Source: a virus
Virus record (IMG/VR): IMGVR_UViG_3300009079_000013
Strand: one strand, 5' to 3'
Length of the DNA stretch: 64,000 bases
The position numbers were made by a program, and so were the translations under genes. The notes under the pieces were generated by a model. The model was given only the letters and a program-made list of their open reading frames with translations, searched no databases and was not told the origin of the DNA. Below are positions 21,728-31,969 of the stretch, in pieces; the stretch's first letter is position 1, and each line of letters starts with the position of its first letter.

Positions 21728-23833
21728 CTATCTTATTTTATCTACTTCAAAGTTTAATAACATATTATCTGTACATGTTATTTTTAAAATAGGTGTATCG
21801 TTTGGTTGGAAATCTAGGTCAGTTAGATTTATTATATTTTTACCGAATGGACCTAATCCTATTTTATTAGTTGCATCAGTATATATTTTAACATTGTAAA
21901 TGTTTACATCTATAGGATCTTCGAATATTAATTCTAAAGATTGGCCTTTAGACCAATTGTTACTTGTATCATCTATAAAAATATCTAGATCTCTAGATAA
22001 AGTTATACCTAACCCTGCGTTTTCATGTTTAATATAGTTAGTGTATTTCCCAAGTTTTACATTATTGTTAGTAAACACATTCGTTAAAGAATTATTTTCT
22101 ATGTTATACTCTTGATTTGAATTAATTATTTTAAGTCTATTTGGAATAGTCTTATCAAGAGTTATTCCAGGACCTGCTTTAATTACGTCTAAATTATATG
22201 AAACTTCTATTGAGGTATTTCCATTTATGATATCATTTACTCTACTATTTACGCTTTCTATCATTTCAACAACGGCGTTGGTATTATTGAATAATGCTTG
22301 ATTTGCATTTAATGAGGTTTCTAGATTAGAGACCCTTATGCTTAGTTCATTTAAGTCTTCTTGGTTTAGTAATAAATCTTTTAAACCTTCTACTTCTGTT
22401 TGTAAATTATTTAATTCAAGAAGTTTGTCTGAATATAACACTTGAAGTTGTTTAAACTGTGTCAGTACATCTAAAAATAGATCCATAGAAAAAGTTGAAT
22501 AATCGTTTATTGATTTTTCAACTAAAACATTTTCAACAGAGGTGTCTAATTTTAAATTTGGTTTATGAGAAAACGCGTTTCCATTAGTTCCGTTTAACGG
22601 ATCTGGCATATATTTAGTGATAGGAGGAATTATAAATTCTAAACCGTCCTGTTCTACTTTGTCTAAAAATAAAACTCCATATAAATTAGTTTTAGGATCT
22701 ATCGGATTACCACTTGAATCTAAATTGTTAGGATCAAATACATCGTAATAAATTAAAACCGCGTTGTATTCAAAGTTTTTATTATTTACATAATCATTTA
22801 ACTGAGTGAAAGCTTTTATTTCTTGATTTTCAGCAGCTAATTTATAATTCTGTAAATCAAAGTCTATACATATTCCATCTAAAGTATTTCTAACGTATTC
22901 AACCGACGTAGATCCAAACTGCTTTCTTATTAATTGATCTTCAGATACGTCATATTCTCCAGTTGAATTATAATCATCTGTAAAATATGAATTATTAGTA
23001 AGTTCAGTATACCAATTACCTGGCAATAAAGATGCTGGATCAGTAGGATCATCTGTAATCTCTGTGTTTACGCTTCCGTCATCTTTATCATAAAAAGCTT
23101 TCAGGCTTAAACCAAATGGATTTATCTCGTCGTAATGTCTGCCTTTTAAGTATTCTATGTCTAAAGGGTCAGGTGGATTATTAGTTATAGTTTGATTAGG
23201 GTAATAGTTTTCATCTTTTACAGATTTAAACAATACATAAGGAGTAGTACCGACATTAGTTGGTACATGTAAAAATATTTCGGTATAGGCATTATCAGCT
23301 GACCTAATAGAATTAACGACGTCGATATCAGCTACATACTGAACCATTCGTTTATACGTAGAAGTAGGATCATCTGGTTCTACAAATCTTTTATCTGTTC
23401 CTAAGGAATCTACATTTTTTTGGAGGTTATTAGCATCTGTAAATCTAATAGAGCCAAGTTCTTTTGCCCATTTAAAAAATACCCTTTCAGCTACTGTTAG
23501 CTTATTTTCATAGTTGTAATCATTTTGACTAACAAGCAATGCTTCTAAATTAAGAGCATAATTTTGAAAACTCTCTGCTAAGTTTATATTGTTGTCGGGG
23601 TTAAGGCCTTCTATTATTGGACTTTCTCCTGGTGCTAAGAACTGTATTTTATTATCAGTAGCTAAAGTATCGGGCGTACCTATTTCAGGAAGTCTTACTA
23701 GTGCAAATTTAGAATATCTAACCCCATTAGGATTATTAGTTAAATTTAATTGTATGTCTTCAATTGAACTTTGAAAATTATATAATATACCTTTCTTGTT
23801 CTGTATTGGTTTTATTAAAGGTGTAACTGCCAT
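21728..23833 (-). CDS. Virion structural protein with coiled coil
   Basis: 701 aa in the same operon; heptad region LLELNNLQTEVEGLK. Confidence 0.6.
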   Translation of the reverse strand: MAVTPLIKPIQNKKGILYNFQSSIEDIQLNLTNNPNGVRYSKFALVRLPEIGTPDTLATDNKIQFLAPGESPIIEGLNPDNNINLAESFQNYALNLEALLVSQNDYNYENKLTVAERVFFKWAKELGSIRFTDANNLQKNVDSLGTDKRFVEPDDPTSTYKRMVQYVADIDVVNSIRSADNAYTEIFLHVPTNVGTTPYVLFKSVKDENYYPNQTITNNPPDPLDIEYLKGRHYDEINPFGLSLKAFYDKDDGSVNTEITDDPTDPASLLPGNWYTELTNNSYFTDDYNSTGEYDVSEDQLIRKQFGSTSVEYVRNTLDGICIDFDLQNYKLAAENQEIKAFTQLNDYVNNKNFEYNAVLIYYDVFDPNNLDSSGNPIDPKTNLYGVLFLDKVEQDGLEFIIPPITKYMPDPLNGTNGNAFSHKPNLKLDTSVENVLVEKSINDYSTFSMDLFLDVLTQFKQLQVLYSDKLLELNNLQTEVEGLKDLLLNQEDLNELSIRVSNLETSLNANQALFNNTNAVVEMIESVNSRVNDIINGNTSIEVSYNLDVIKAGPGITLDKTIPNRLKIINSNQEYNIENNSLTNVFTNNNVKLGKYTNYIKHENAGLGITLSRDLDIFIDDTSNNWSKGQSLELIFEDPIDVNIYNVKIYTDATNKIGLGPFGKNIINLTDLDFQPNDTPILKITCTDNMLLNFEVDKIR

Positions 23834-23851
23834 TTACATTAGTTTCTTTTT

Positions 23852-24775
23852 TTATGATAACGTCATATTAATATTAGACTTAACCATTATTCTATCAGCC
23901 GATGTTGAGTCTAAAATATAAATCATATCTACATTTGATGCGTATTCGGCGATACTACCAGGTGTTATGCCTAATGTAGATGTTCCATCATGTAAAGTGA
24001 TAGGCTGACTTGTGTTTTGATTAGTTCCTGCTTCAATATAGAAAGGTAACAGCGCTGTGTTAATATCGGTTATTATGCTAGTTATACTCGGCTGTCCTTG
24101 TTCTTTTATATTTACTAAAAATATACTAAACACTGTATCTTGTGCTGGAGGGTTAGCTGCATCAAAATCTAATTTTATTTTTAATTCTGAAATACTTCCA
24201 ACTATAGAACCACCAGTATATACAGAAGGATCTGCATCTAATGTTACAAAAATATTTTGTCTAGATGTATCAGTTAAGTTAATTACACCTTCAGCAACTC
24301 CTCCGTTATCCGAAAGAGTAACTAGTATAGATTCTTTGGATTCAGAAACTGATGACATATTATCTACTGAAGCGTTAAATGTAACGGCACCATTACTAAT
24401 TAAAGAATCTGCTACGATAATACTATTAGAACTTATAGAATTTACTTGTAAAGTATCATCTACGCTTAATAAGTCAACATTCAAATTAGATTGATTACTT
24501 CCGTTTTTAGTCAAACTTGATATGATCTGTGTTGGACTACCTGTTTGAAAAATAAAACCCGTATCTTCCATGATTAATGAATCGGTTCTTAAAAAACTAA
24601 TGGGAGTATTAGTTCCTATTGATAAGGAATTGGTATCTATTTCTAAATTGTTAACTAAGGCTTCTAAAGAATCTTTTAGAAGAAGCACGTTAGCGTTACT
24701 TATTACTCTTAAATCTACTACAAAATCTGTTTCTAAAATTTCCTGCGTAGGTATATCTATTGGTGTAAATGCCAT
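23852..24775 (-). CDS. Virion structural protein
   Basis: 307 aa, S/T/D/N-rich; exact TATAAATA at 24795-24802 (minus). Confidence 0.6.
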   Translation of the reverse strand: MAFTPIDIPTQEILETDFVVDLRVISNANVLLLKDSLEALVNNLEIDTNSLSIGTNTPISFLRTDSLIMEDTGFIFQTGSPTQIISSLTKNGSNQSNLNVDLLSVDDTLQVNSISSNSIIVADSLISNGAVTFNASVDNMSSVSESKESILVTLSDNGGVAEGVINLTDTSRQNIFVTLDADPSVYTGGSIVGSISELKIKLDFDAANPPAQDTVFSIFLVNIKEQGQPSITSIITDINTALLPFYIEAGTNQNTSQPITLHDGTSTLGITPGSIAEYASNVDMIYILDSTSADRIMVKSNINMTLS

Positions 24776-24794
24776 TGTTGTTAATTATTTTAAT

Positions 24795-24802
24795 TATTTA
24801 TA
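24795..24802 (-). promoter_or_regulatory. T4-type late promoter TATAAATA
   Basis: Exact T4 late consensus ~20 nt before ATG 24775; gp55 homologue is in the window. Confidence 0.6.
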
Positions 24803-24811
24803 AAGAATAAA

Positions 24812-27800
24812 CTAAGAACTTAATACGTTTAATTTTCTATTGTTTAATCTTGTTTCAATATTTTCTATATAGTTTATTTTATTGTTCACCGTAACAAAGT
24901 TTTCTATTTCTTGTAAATATGTCCCTCCAGCGTTATCTTTTACTTCAACACTAATGTCATATTTTCCTAAATCACTGAACTTCCATACAAAGAAAGGTAC
25001 TCCTTTTACTTTAGTAATTTCCTTCTTTGTAAACGAGTCTTTAAGCGTCCATATGTATTCTTGTTTTCCATCTAAGTTGTTGACTACAAAGAAAACCGGC
25101 GCATGTTGGGGAACTTTAAATCTTTCATTAAAAAACTTAAGGCTATTTATTTTTAAAGAATTTTCATCTATTGTAGACGGTAAGTATCCTATTTGTTTAT
25201 CGTTTTCAAATCTCCAATAATCTTTATCTTGCCAAAAATAAGGATCCTGAACTGCTCCTGTTATAATATCGCTTGTTTTAGCAAATAGAAACAACGTATC
25301 TTCATCAAACATTGGAAAAGTATTTTTAAGATAATCAACCAATCTTTGAGAATATACATTTCTAGGATGAAAGAATGTATATTTACTACTATCTTTTTCT
25401 AAATCTGGACTAATCGGGCTATACCAATTTACATAAGAAAGTATGTGATACATATCTTTACTTAAATAATTAGCTTGGGCATGTATTTTACCTCCTATTA
25501 TTTCATAGTTAAATTTACTTATCCCATTATGGATAGATTCAGCATTTAACAAATCAACTAATTCTATTAATGTTGAAAAATTAGGCAAATAATAAGTAGA
25601 ATATAAAGATATTTGTATAGCATCTCCTGGAGTAGGATCTGCTATGTAGAATCCTGCTAAAAAATCTCCTTGATATACTAAATCAGTAAATCTCATGTAG
25701 TATAGATCTTTTAAAGTTTTTTGCTCAAAATCACTTATCTTGAATGGTATGTTATTTTTACCTAGTCCCCAGTTGTTTTTTGCCTCTAGATTGTTTAAAG
25801 GATCGTTATATGAAATAAATGAATCAGTGTTTTCATCATAAAATTCTACATCGTACATGTCTTTTCCTGAACCATATCTATGTTGAAAAAATGTTTCAAA
25901 TTCTAATAAGTTTTTATATATGTCAAAATTGTTTAGACTAGTATTTAGTACATTAATTTTTGGAAAGTATAGTGTTGAAGTTCCAAAGTCTTTTACTTGA
26001 ACGTTATCTAAATTATCTAATCTTAAACTAAATTTATCCTCTAGTCTAGAAAAAGCTATTATTTCTGGTTTCTTGGCTTCATCAACTGTTATCTTTTTAG
26101 AATAAGTACTAGTGTTTCCATTAAATGTATGTATACTGATATCTACATTATATTCACCAACATATGGTAAAAAATGAGGAAGCCTCTTTAGGTCTTTGGC
26201 AAGACCTCTGTATTCAAAGTTATATGGATTAGGAGTAGGTTTTGTTATTTTCCAAGTTACTTCATAAACATTTTTTAAATCTATATTTTCAAAAGTCCAA
26301 TATAATGGCGTATTTGAAAGATCTAACCATGTTATTCCATTAAAAGTTTTACATGTAAATTTATCTATTCCTATTTCAAGTATAATAGGCGCACCGACTT
26401 TTTTATCAGGGTCATCGCCTGTGTCCCATGATAACATAGAAGATATATTTGGGTATCTTTGATTTTTAACAGATGTATAATACTCTTTTATATAGTCGCA
26501 TATTGAATCTATATCAGTTGGGCTATATTTTTGAAAAGACGAATATGGATTAGGAGAGTTTTTGTTAATTCTATTAACACCCATATCAATTCCATTCAAA
26601 TAGCTTTGGGAATAAAGAGGGTCTAAAGAAACTATAGTAAGCCTATCACTATTACTGGGTGAATTTTCAATACTAACCCTTTCGTTTAAATCATAATCTA
26701 ATATATCCGTTCTGTCTGGCCAATACTTTATAGTAAACTTTTGAAAATAGATAAATTCACCAATAATATCTTTTATTTTTACATTTATTGGTATAATTTC
26801 ATTTTTTAATTTCTTGTCTAACTGATTTAACTTATAGAATATCTCATCAACCGTAAAGTCAGTTGTTTCTACTACTTTAGGTAAACCATCATCATCGAAT
26901 TCATCTGTTGCTTTTGTGAATTCATAAGTGAGAGCTAAGAATTCTGTTTTTACAAATTGCTTTCCTGATTTTACATTTTTATTTAGATTTAATAGATTAA
27001 GGTTGTCTATTTTACCGTCATCTAGTATGTCTGTTAGGTCTACTAAAAATAATTTGTCAAAGTAAGGAGAATCAACATTTACATTTTTCCAATACTCTTT
27101 TATATGAAGAGTGTCTTTGTAACCTAACATATTAATGAAATTAACTAATCCCTTATAGGTTCCTATATATGGATATATTTCACTATGATTTACAAGTAAA
27201 CTTTTTCGTGTTGAATTTATTTTTTTCCAATCTGGATATACCTCTTTTATGTCGTATGTTGCTAGTATATTAGCGTCTTGTCTGTTAAATTTAATACCAA
27301 AGTTTTCTAACCATACTCTAAATCTTTCATCTTCGTCTTCCCCTTCTCCGTAAAATAATAGTTTGGCAACTGTTTCACTAGTGCCTGTTATTTCGTCTTC
27401 TAGGTAAATAGTTAAAGATCTAACATACTCTATTTCTTCGTTTGGGTTAAAACCTACATTCAATTGAAGAGGAACTTTTAAATCTATAGCTGCTCCGGTT
27501 CCGTTAGGTAAAATGTCTTCATAGGAAACTTTTATTGAATCCTTTTTATTAATTACATATTCTCCTATTTTAAATTCTTTTTCAACGTCATATAGGAAAA
27601 AAGGAGATTCATTGATGCTATCCCATTTAACAACTATAGACTGGCCTCCAGTTAATGTTGGAAATTTATAATCAGATCCTACTTTTTCAAGTATAAAAAA
27701 GTTTTCATTATCATATAGAGCAATAGATAATTGTTCGAAATACATGTTTGCCTCTAATATACCAGTGTCAGGGTTTTCCTGAAGGTTTATTAATTCGCCA

Positions 27801-27835
27801 TCTCTATCAAAAAAATGAAGATTATCTATTTGCAT
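24812..27835 (-). CDS. Baseplate wedge-like protein with PKD-like domains
   Basis: IGTYKGLVNFINMLGY..IKEYW recalls wedge subunits; GEYNVDISI and GKYDISVEVKD are PKD-like; ATAAATA at 27858-27864. Confidence 0.6.
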   Translation of the reverse strand: MQIDNLHFFDRDGELINLQENPDTGILEANMYFEQLSIALYDNENFFILEKVGSDYKFPTLTGGQSIVVKWDSINESPFFLYDVEKEFKIGEYVINKKDSIKVSYEDILPNGTGAAIDLKVPLQLNVGFNPNEEIEYVRSLTIYLEDEITGTSETVAKLLFYGEGEDEDERFRVWLENFGIKFNRQDANILATYDIKEVYPDWKKINSTRKSLLVNHSEIYPYIGTYKGLVNFINMLGYKDTLHIKEYWKNVNVDSPYFDKLFLVDLTDILDDGKIDNLNLLNLNKNVKSGKQFVKTEFLALTYEFTKATDEFDDDGLPKVVETTDFTVDEIFYKLNQLDKKLKNEIIPINVKIKDIIGEFIYFQKFTIKYWPDRTDILDYDLNERVSIENSPSNSDRLTIVSLDPLYSQSYLNGIDMGVNRINKNSPNPYSSFQKYSPTDIDSICDYIKEYYTSVKNQRYPNISSMLSWDTGDDPDKKVGAPIILEIGIDKFTCKTFNGITWLDLSNTPLYWTFENIDLKNVYEVTWKITKPTPNPYNFEYRGLAKDLKRLPHFLPYVGEYNVDISIHTFNGNTSTYSKKITVDEAKKPEIIAFSRLEDKFSLRLDNLDNVQVKDFGTSTLYFPKINVLNTSLNNFDIYKNLLEFETFFQHRYGSGKDMYDVEFYDENTDSFISYNDPLNNLEAKNNWGLGKNNIPFKISDFEQKTLKDLYYMRFTDLVYQGDFLAGFYIADPTPGDAIQISLYSTYYLPNFSTLIELVDLLNAESIHNGISKFNYEIIGGKIHAQANYLSKDMYHILSYVNWYSPISPDLEKDSSKYTFFHPRNVYSQRLVDYLKNTFPMFDEDTLFLFAKTSDIITGAVQDPYFWQDKDYWRFENDKQIGYLPSTIDENSLKINSLKFFNERFKVPQHAPVFFVVNNLDGKQEYIWTLKDSFTKKEITKVKGVPFFVWKFSDLGKYDISVEVKDNAGGTYLQEIENFVTVNNKINYIENIETRLNNRKLNVLSS

Positions 27836-27880
27836 AATTATAACTTAGTGTTTGAATTATTTATCAAAATTTAATTTAAA

Positions 27881-28294
27881 TTAAATGGTGTATACTGAAC
27901 TGTCACCGCCTGTGCTTAAAGATATAGTTTCAATAGTTTCTCCGTCTTCTAATCCTGTTTTTTTATGAATTTTCTTCCATTCTTTTGCATATCCATTTTT
28001 ACACATTTGAGTAAAGTAAGCAAAAGCGTTAGGTGGACTTGATTTAGTTGGATCAAAATTTCTCCAATATTTAATGCAATCTACTAAAGCTGATTGTATA
28101 CAGTCTTCTTTGTCGCGAGGATCTTTAAAATATAATCTCTCTACTGCTCTATTAGCTAGCATTACAAAACAATCTATTGTAAATTTGGTTAATTCGTCTG
28201 CTTCTTTAGATTCAATAACAGCTGCGGTGAATTCCTTGTTATTTATGTAGTTTTTATCACCCTTTTTTCTACGAGTTCTCTTTTGTTGAGGCAT
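27881..28294 (-). CDS. gp55: Late-transcription sigma factor, T4 gp55-like
   Basis: NYINNKEF, CIKYWRNFDPTKS, NAFAYFTQ signature motifs. Confidence 0.88.
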   Translation of the reverse strand: MPQQKRTRRKKGDKNYINNKEFTAAVIESKEADELTKFTIDCFVMLANRAVERLYFKDPRDKEDCIQSALVDCIKYWRNFDPTKSSPPNAFAYFTQMCKNGYAKEWKKIHKKTGLEDGETIETISLSTGGDSSVYTI

Positions 28295-28295
28295 T

Positions 28296-28964
28296 TCATT
28301 TTTCGTTATTTTTTAAAATGTTATGTATCTTTACAATGGGTAAATATGAATCTATCATGTCCATGTAAGGTGATTTAACATTTTTTCCATTAAAAATAAC
28401 GCCTTCGTCTCGGTTTAATAATTTGTATAAATCGGATTGTTTTGCTTTTTCTATTACAGGGTCTTCTTTGAACTTATTATATACATCTATCTTAGATGCA
28501 TTACCTTTACAGCCTATGGCGTTTTTTAATTCACTGGGACTAAATACAAATATTTTCTGTATTGAGTCTGTTAATGTAAGTAATTTAGATTTTATTATAC
28601 CTGTCGCCTGTGATATGTCTACTAAGCTGTTTCCTGATGATCCAAATGATATTCCTTCTATTGCTATTATATTATCTTTTGTTTTGGTATGCTCTTTTAT
28701 TTGTTTTATTATAAAGTCGGTTAGTTTAATATAGTTTTCTAGTTTATTTCTTTCATTAATATGATATTGATCTACTTTTTTAGTACGTTCACCTAAAGAA
28801 TGTAATTTTAAATTAGGATAGGTTAAAACAAGATCTTCCATTAATCTTGTATCTTTTTTAGTTATTTTATTGTTAGCTATTCCAATCCATTTAAATTCTT
28901 TAAAGTCTTTTGATATACATATACCTGGATAAAGAATAGAAAAATCTATACCTATAATGTTCAT
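28296..28964 (-). CDS. RuvC-like Holliday junction resolvase / nuclease
   Basis: IIGIDFS, IAIEGISFGS, PSELK..GNASK, DMIDSY. Confidence 0.8.
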   Translation of the reverse strand: MNIIGIDFSILYPGICISKDFKEFKWIGIANNKITKKDTRLMEDLVLTYPNLKLHSLGERTKKVDQYHINERNKLENYIKLTDFIIKQIKEHTKTKDNIIAIEGISFGSSGNSLVDISQATGIIKSKLLTLTDSIQKIFVFSPSELKNAIGCKGNASKIDVYNKFKEDPVIEKAKQSDLYKLLNRDEGVIFNGKNVKSPYMDMIDSYLPIVKIHNILKNNEK

Positions 28965-28990
28965 TCATAATGGATAATTTTAATAAAAAT

Positions 28991-29017
28991 ATTATATTGT
29001 AAAATATAAAATAGTTT
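28991..29017 (-). promoter_or_regulatory. Early/middle promoter for RuvC-like and gp55 genes
   Basis: Minus strand AAACT-N15-ATATAAT. Confidence 0.6.
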
Positions 29018-29053
29018 CGTAGCTACTTTTTCTAATTTTTTTAAAAAAAAATA

Positions 29054-29168
29054 AAACCTTGTCCACGTGTAAAGTACAAAAGGGTTAGTGGGTGGGTACT
29101 TTATAATTACTTTAATCCTTACTTTTATACTTATACTTTAGTAACTACTATAGTAACGCGCGAAACAA
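29054..29168 (+). other. Orphan promoter + G-rich tract + TACTT repeats; candidate replication origin
   Basis: AAACC-N15-GTACAAA (29054-29080) with no plus-strand gene after it, then GGGTTAGTGGGTGGG and five TACTT units. Confidence 0.35.
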
Positions 29169-29852
29169 TTAAAATAAATGTTTAATAATATAATCTTTTA
29201 ATTGAAAATGCTTTCCGCTACGTATTATTTCACTATTAAAGACGTTAGACTTTATAAGAGTCCACTTGGCTATTCCCAAGTCTGTTGCTCTTATTAAGGT
29301 TTTACCTTTTTCGTTTTCATATTTTATAAATTCTGAATCTTCATCTTCATATTGCTCAAGCTCTATTTTAGCTCCCCTATCTATGCTTGGCATCTTTGAT
29401 ACTAAAAACCTCGAAGGCTCTTCTAATAATTTCATTTTATATAAATAATGCGGACCTTTTTCGTCTTCAACGTTTGGGTATTTACCTAACATTTGTTGAA
29501 ACCAATCTGCTGTTTTTACTTGATTGTACACTTTTTGTGTTCTTGTTATTCGTCCCGTATTATCCCAAGTATTTTGATATATTGCATCGTTATTTACTAT
29601 ACTTAAGATTTTTATTGTTCCAGGACCTTGTACTTGCTCAGGATCTGTTATTAATTCCCATTCAGTATCATCGTTTCTATCAAGAGTTATCCATGCTTCC
29701 CATTTACTTCCATCTTCTCCGATGCCTGTCATTACACCGTTAATATAATGATCATTTATATCATTTGCTTCTTCATCAGATATATCAGCCGTATCCCATA
29801 CTATTCTGATATCATCTCCGGCTTTATTTTTTCTAATTTCAAAATGTTCCAT
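29169..29852 (-). CDS. Hypothetical late protein
   Basis: 227 aa; exact TATAAATA at 29876-29883 (minus). Confidence 0.65.
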   Translation of the reverse strand: MEHFEIRKNKAGDDIRIVWDTADISDEEANDINDHYINGVMTGIGEDGSKWEAWITLDRNDDTEWELITDPEQVQGPGTIKILSIVNNDAIYQNTWDNTGRITRTQKVYNQVKTADWFQQMLGKYPNVEDEKGPHYLYKMKLLEEPSRFLVSKMPSIDRGAKIELEQYEDEDSEFIKYENEKGKTLIRATDLGIAKWTLIKSNVFNSEIIRSGKHFQLKDYIIKHLF

Positions 29853-29928
29853 GAATAAAAAGACACTCTTTGGTTTATTTATACGTAAAAAATAGTATTA
29901 TATTTTTATAACAACAAATACATATTTT

Positions 29929-30417
29929 ATGAAAACTTTATTTACATTAATATCAATACTGGTTTTTTCATTTTCTTACTCTCAAAACATGATTGTAAAA
30001 TCACTAACTCTAGATAGTTTAGTATGGAAAAAAATTAATGAATACAGGGTTTCTAAAAATGTAGCTCCCTTTAATGCGTTTGAGTATTCAGATATTAGAG
30101 ATTATAGTTATAGCGTAACTACTAGTAACTCTAAATTAGAAATGATAGAACATTCTGGAAATAACTTTCATATTTATAATATAGAATGCATTTATTCCTG
30201 GGTAAAAACTTATCCCGATGGTTTTTTAGATATAATCAAAGTTAAAGATTGGGAATATTTAGCAGACGATATAGTAAATTCCTGGATAGCGTCTCCTCCT
30301 CATGAAATAGGAATATCGTCTGATCAATTTACCAAAGCAACAATTACTACGATACTAACTATCGATTCAAACGCTGATAATTATAGACTTGATGCATCAT
30401 ACCATGGAAAATACTAA
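29929..30417 (+). CDS. Secreted CAP/SCP-domain protein
   Basis: Signal-peptide-like N-term; INEYR and IVNSWIASPPH CAP motifs. Confidence 0.75.
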   Translation: MKTLFTLISILVFSFSYSQNMIVKSLTLDSLVWKKINEYRVSKNVAPFNAFEYSDIRDYSYSVTTSNSKLEMIEHSGNNFHIYNIECIYSWVKTYPDGFLDIIKVKDWEYLADDIVNSWIASPPHEIGISSDQFTKATITTILTIDSNADNYRLDASYHGKY

Positions 30418-30420
30418 TCA

Positions 30421-30452
30421 AAAAAAAAGAGAGACTTAAAGTCTCTCTTTTT
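30421..30452. terminator. Bidirectional intrinsic terminator
   Basis: A-run, GAGAGAC-ttaaa-GTCTCTC, T-run between convergent genes. Confidence 0.85.
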
Positions 30453-30471
30453 ATATTATCATTAAATGATA

Positions 30472-31881
30472 TTAAGCGTTTGGTGATGGGAATTTAAGTC
30501 TATATGCAAATATTTTACCTGACATAAGTCCTTCTTCTCTAGTCTTATCTCCTCCAGAAGCTCTTGATCCAGCAGGTGTTTTAAAAGTCTTACCTGGATC
30601 GTTTGCTTTGTTCCAAGTATACTTGGCATGTTTTCCACTTCCTGGTTCGTCTGTTGAGATTTTCCAACTAATATCCATTGTTCCTGGTAACCTGTCTCCT
30701 AAAGCAGCTTTAAGGGCCATTGCTAATATATTACCTCTTTCATAAGCCAATTTAGCATTTTTACTTGCATAATCGTTACCAACTCCAGGGTCAGAATTAC
30801 CCGCTGTTGTTTTTCCTTCGTTTTTATAAAGTTCCATTGTTTGATTAGCATTATCCCAAACCGGACTTGCTGAAGAAACTAAAGTCATAGTATCTATATA
30901 ATCATTATCAGTTAATAACGATAGTATCTTTTTAGCTTCTTCTTTTACTAATGGATGATTACTATCTATTTTTACTCCGCTCTTGTCTTTATCTGATACA
31001 CCGTTGTTATATGCTAGTTGCATAGCTCCTTCTCCACCGGCTTTAGCACCAACTGTTTTAGTATCTCCTCCTTTTTTTGCTATATTAATAGCATCAACTG
31101 TTGTGTTTGATCTGCTATATAAATATGGCGATTTCATATCGCTTACTCTGGAAGTATCTGTCAGTGATACGTATTTTCCTTCTGAGTCTCGACTATCATC
31201 TTTGTTTACTAATCCTGTTTTAGGTAAAACATAGTAGTCTTGATGTCCTTTTGCAAAATTACTAAAATTCCATGTGTTCATGTATCTAATTACATTCGCA
31301 TAACCGGAAGTTTTTGGCTTTGTTGTATCTTTAACAGGACCGTTTCTTGATATAATTCTTCCAATAGTATACATATAACCATCTTCTTTTATAGATACAT
31401 CTATTGGGTTTGCTATTTTTACAAGTGATATGCCTTTGGCTTTTGTTTTTAACAAGTAATTTTGAAAACCATCCCATAAAGAACTTTCGTTTTCAATAGT
31501 CCACCATTTTCTTTCAGGTGCATTTTCTTTAAACCATGTTTTAAATGCTTTTTTATCTCTTCCTGGTGCAAATGGACTTGATCTCCAAACTCCTTGTAAT
31601 AATATATCAATAAGATCTTCTCTGTATTCTTGAGGCGTAGATCTTTCAACACCCGACTTACTAAGGTCACTTTTTAATTTTTGCAACTGTGCTAGGTTTT
31701 TAACCTCTTCACTTAAACTTACGCCAATCCTTTGACTGTAATCAAGTTTAACAGAATTCTGATTAGCAGGCTTACCGCCTGGTGTTAATTTAGCTTCTAA
31801 AATAGATTCGCTATTCAAATAATTTAAATTGTTATTCTCTAATAACTTCTTAAAATTTTTAAAATCTGATATGTGTGCCAT
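30472..31881 (-). CDS. Putative virion-internal protein with degenerate OmpA-like C-terminal domain
   Basis: N-term HISDFKNF..LLE..ILEA; MTLVSSAS...NAKLAYERG resembles the OmpA_C N..LS..RA motif; TAAATA at 31898-31907. Confidence 0.55.
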   Translation of the reverse strand: MAHISDFKNFKKLLENNNLNYLNSESILEAKLTPGGKPANQNSVKLDYSQRIGVSLSEEVKNLAQLQKLKSDLSKSGVERSTPQEYREDLIDILLQGVWRSSPFAPGRDKKAFKTWFKENAPERKWWTIENESSLWDGFQNYLLKTKAKGISLVKIANPIDVSIKEDGYMYTIGRIISRNGPVKDTTKPKTSGYANVIRYMNTWNFSNFAKGHQDYYVLPKTGLVNKDDSRDSEGKYVSLTDTSRVSDMKSPYLYSRSNTTVDAINIAKKGGDTKTVGAKAGGEGAMQLAYNNGVSDKDKSGVKIDSNHPLVKEEAKKILSLLTDNDYIDTMTLVSSASPVWDNANQTMELYKNEGKTTAGNSDPGVGNDYASKNAKLAYERGNILAMALKAALGDRLPGTMDISWKISTDEPGSGKHAKYTWNKANDPGKTFKTPAGSRASGGDKTREEGLMSGKIFAYRLKFPSPNA

Positions 31882-31936
31882 CTTTAAATTTTATTTTTAT
31901 TTATTTACATAAAGTGTTTGCTTTTATAAAAAAACT

Positions 31937-31964
31937 AAACCTATGAAAAGTATTTTAGTTTAAT
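31937..31964 (+). promoter_or_regulatory. Early/middle promoter motif
   Basis: AAACC-N16-GTTTAAT 5 nt before ATG. Confidence 0.6.
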
Positions 31965-31969
31965 ATAAC

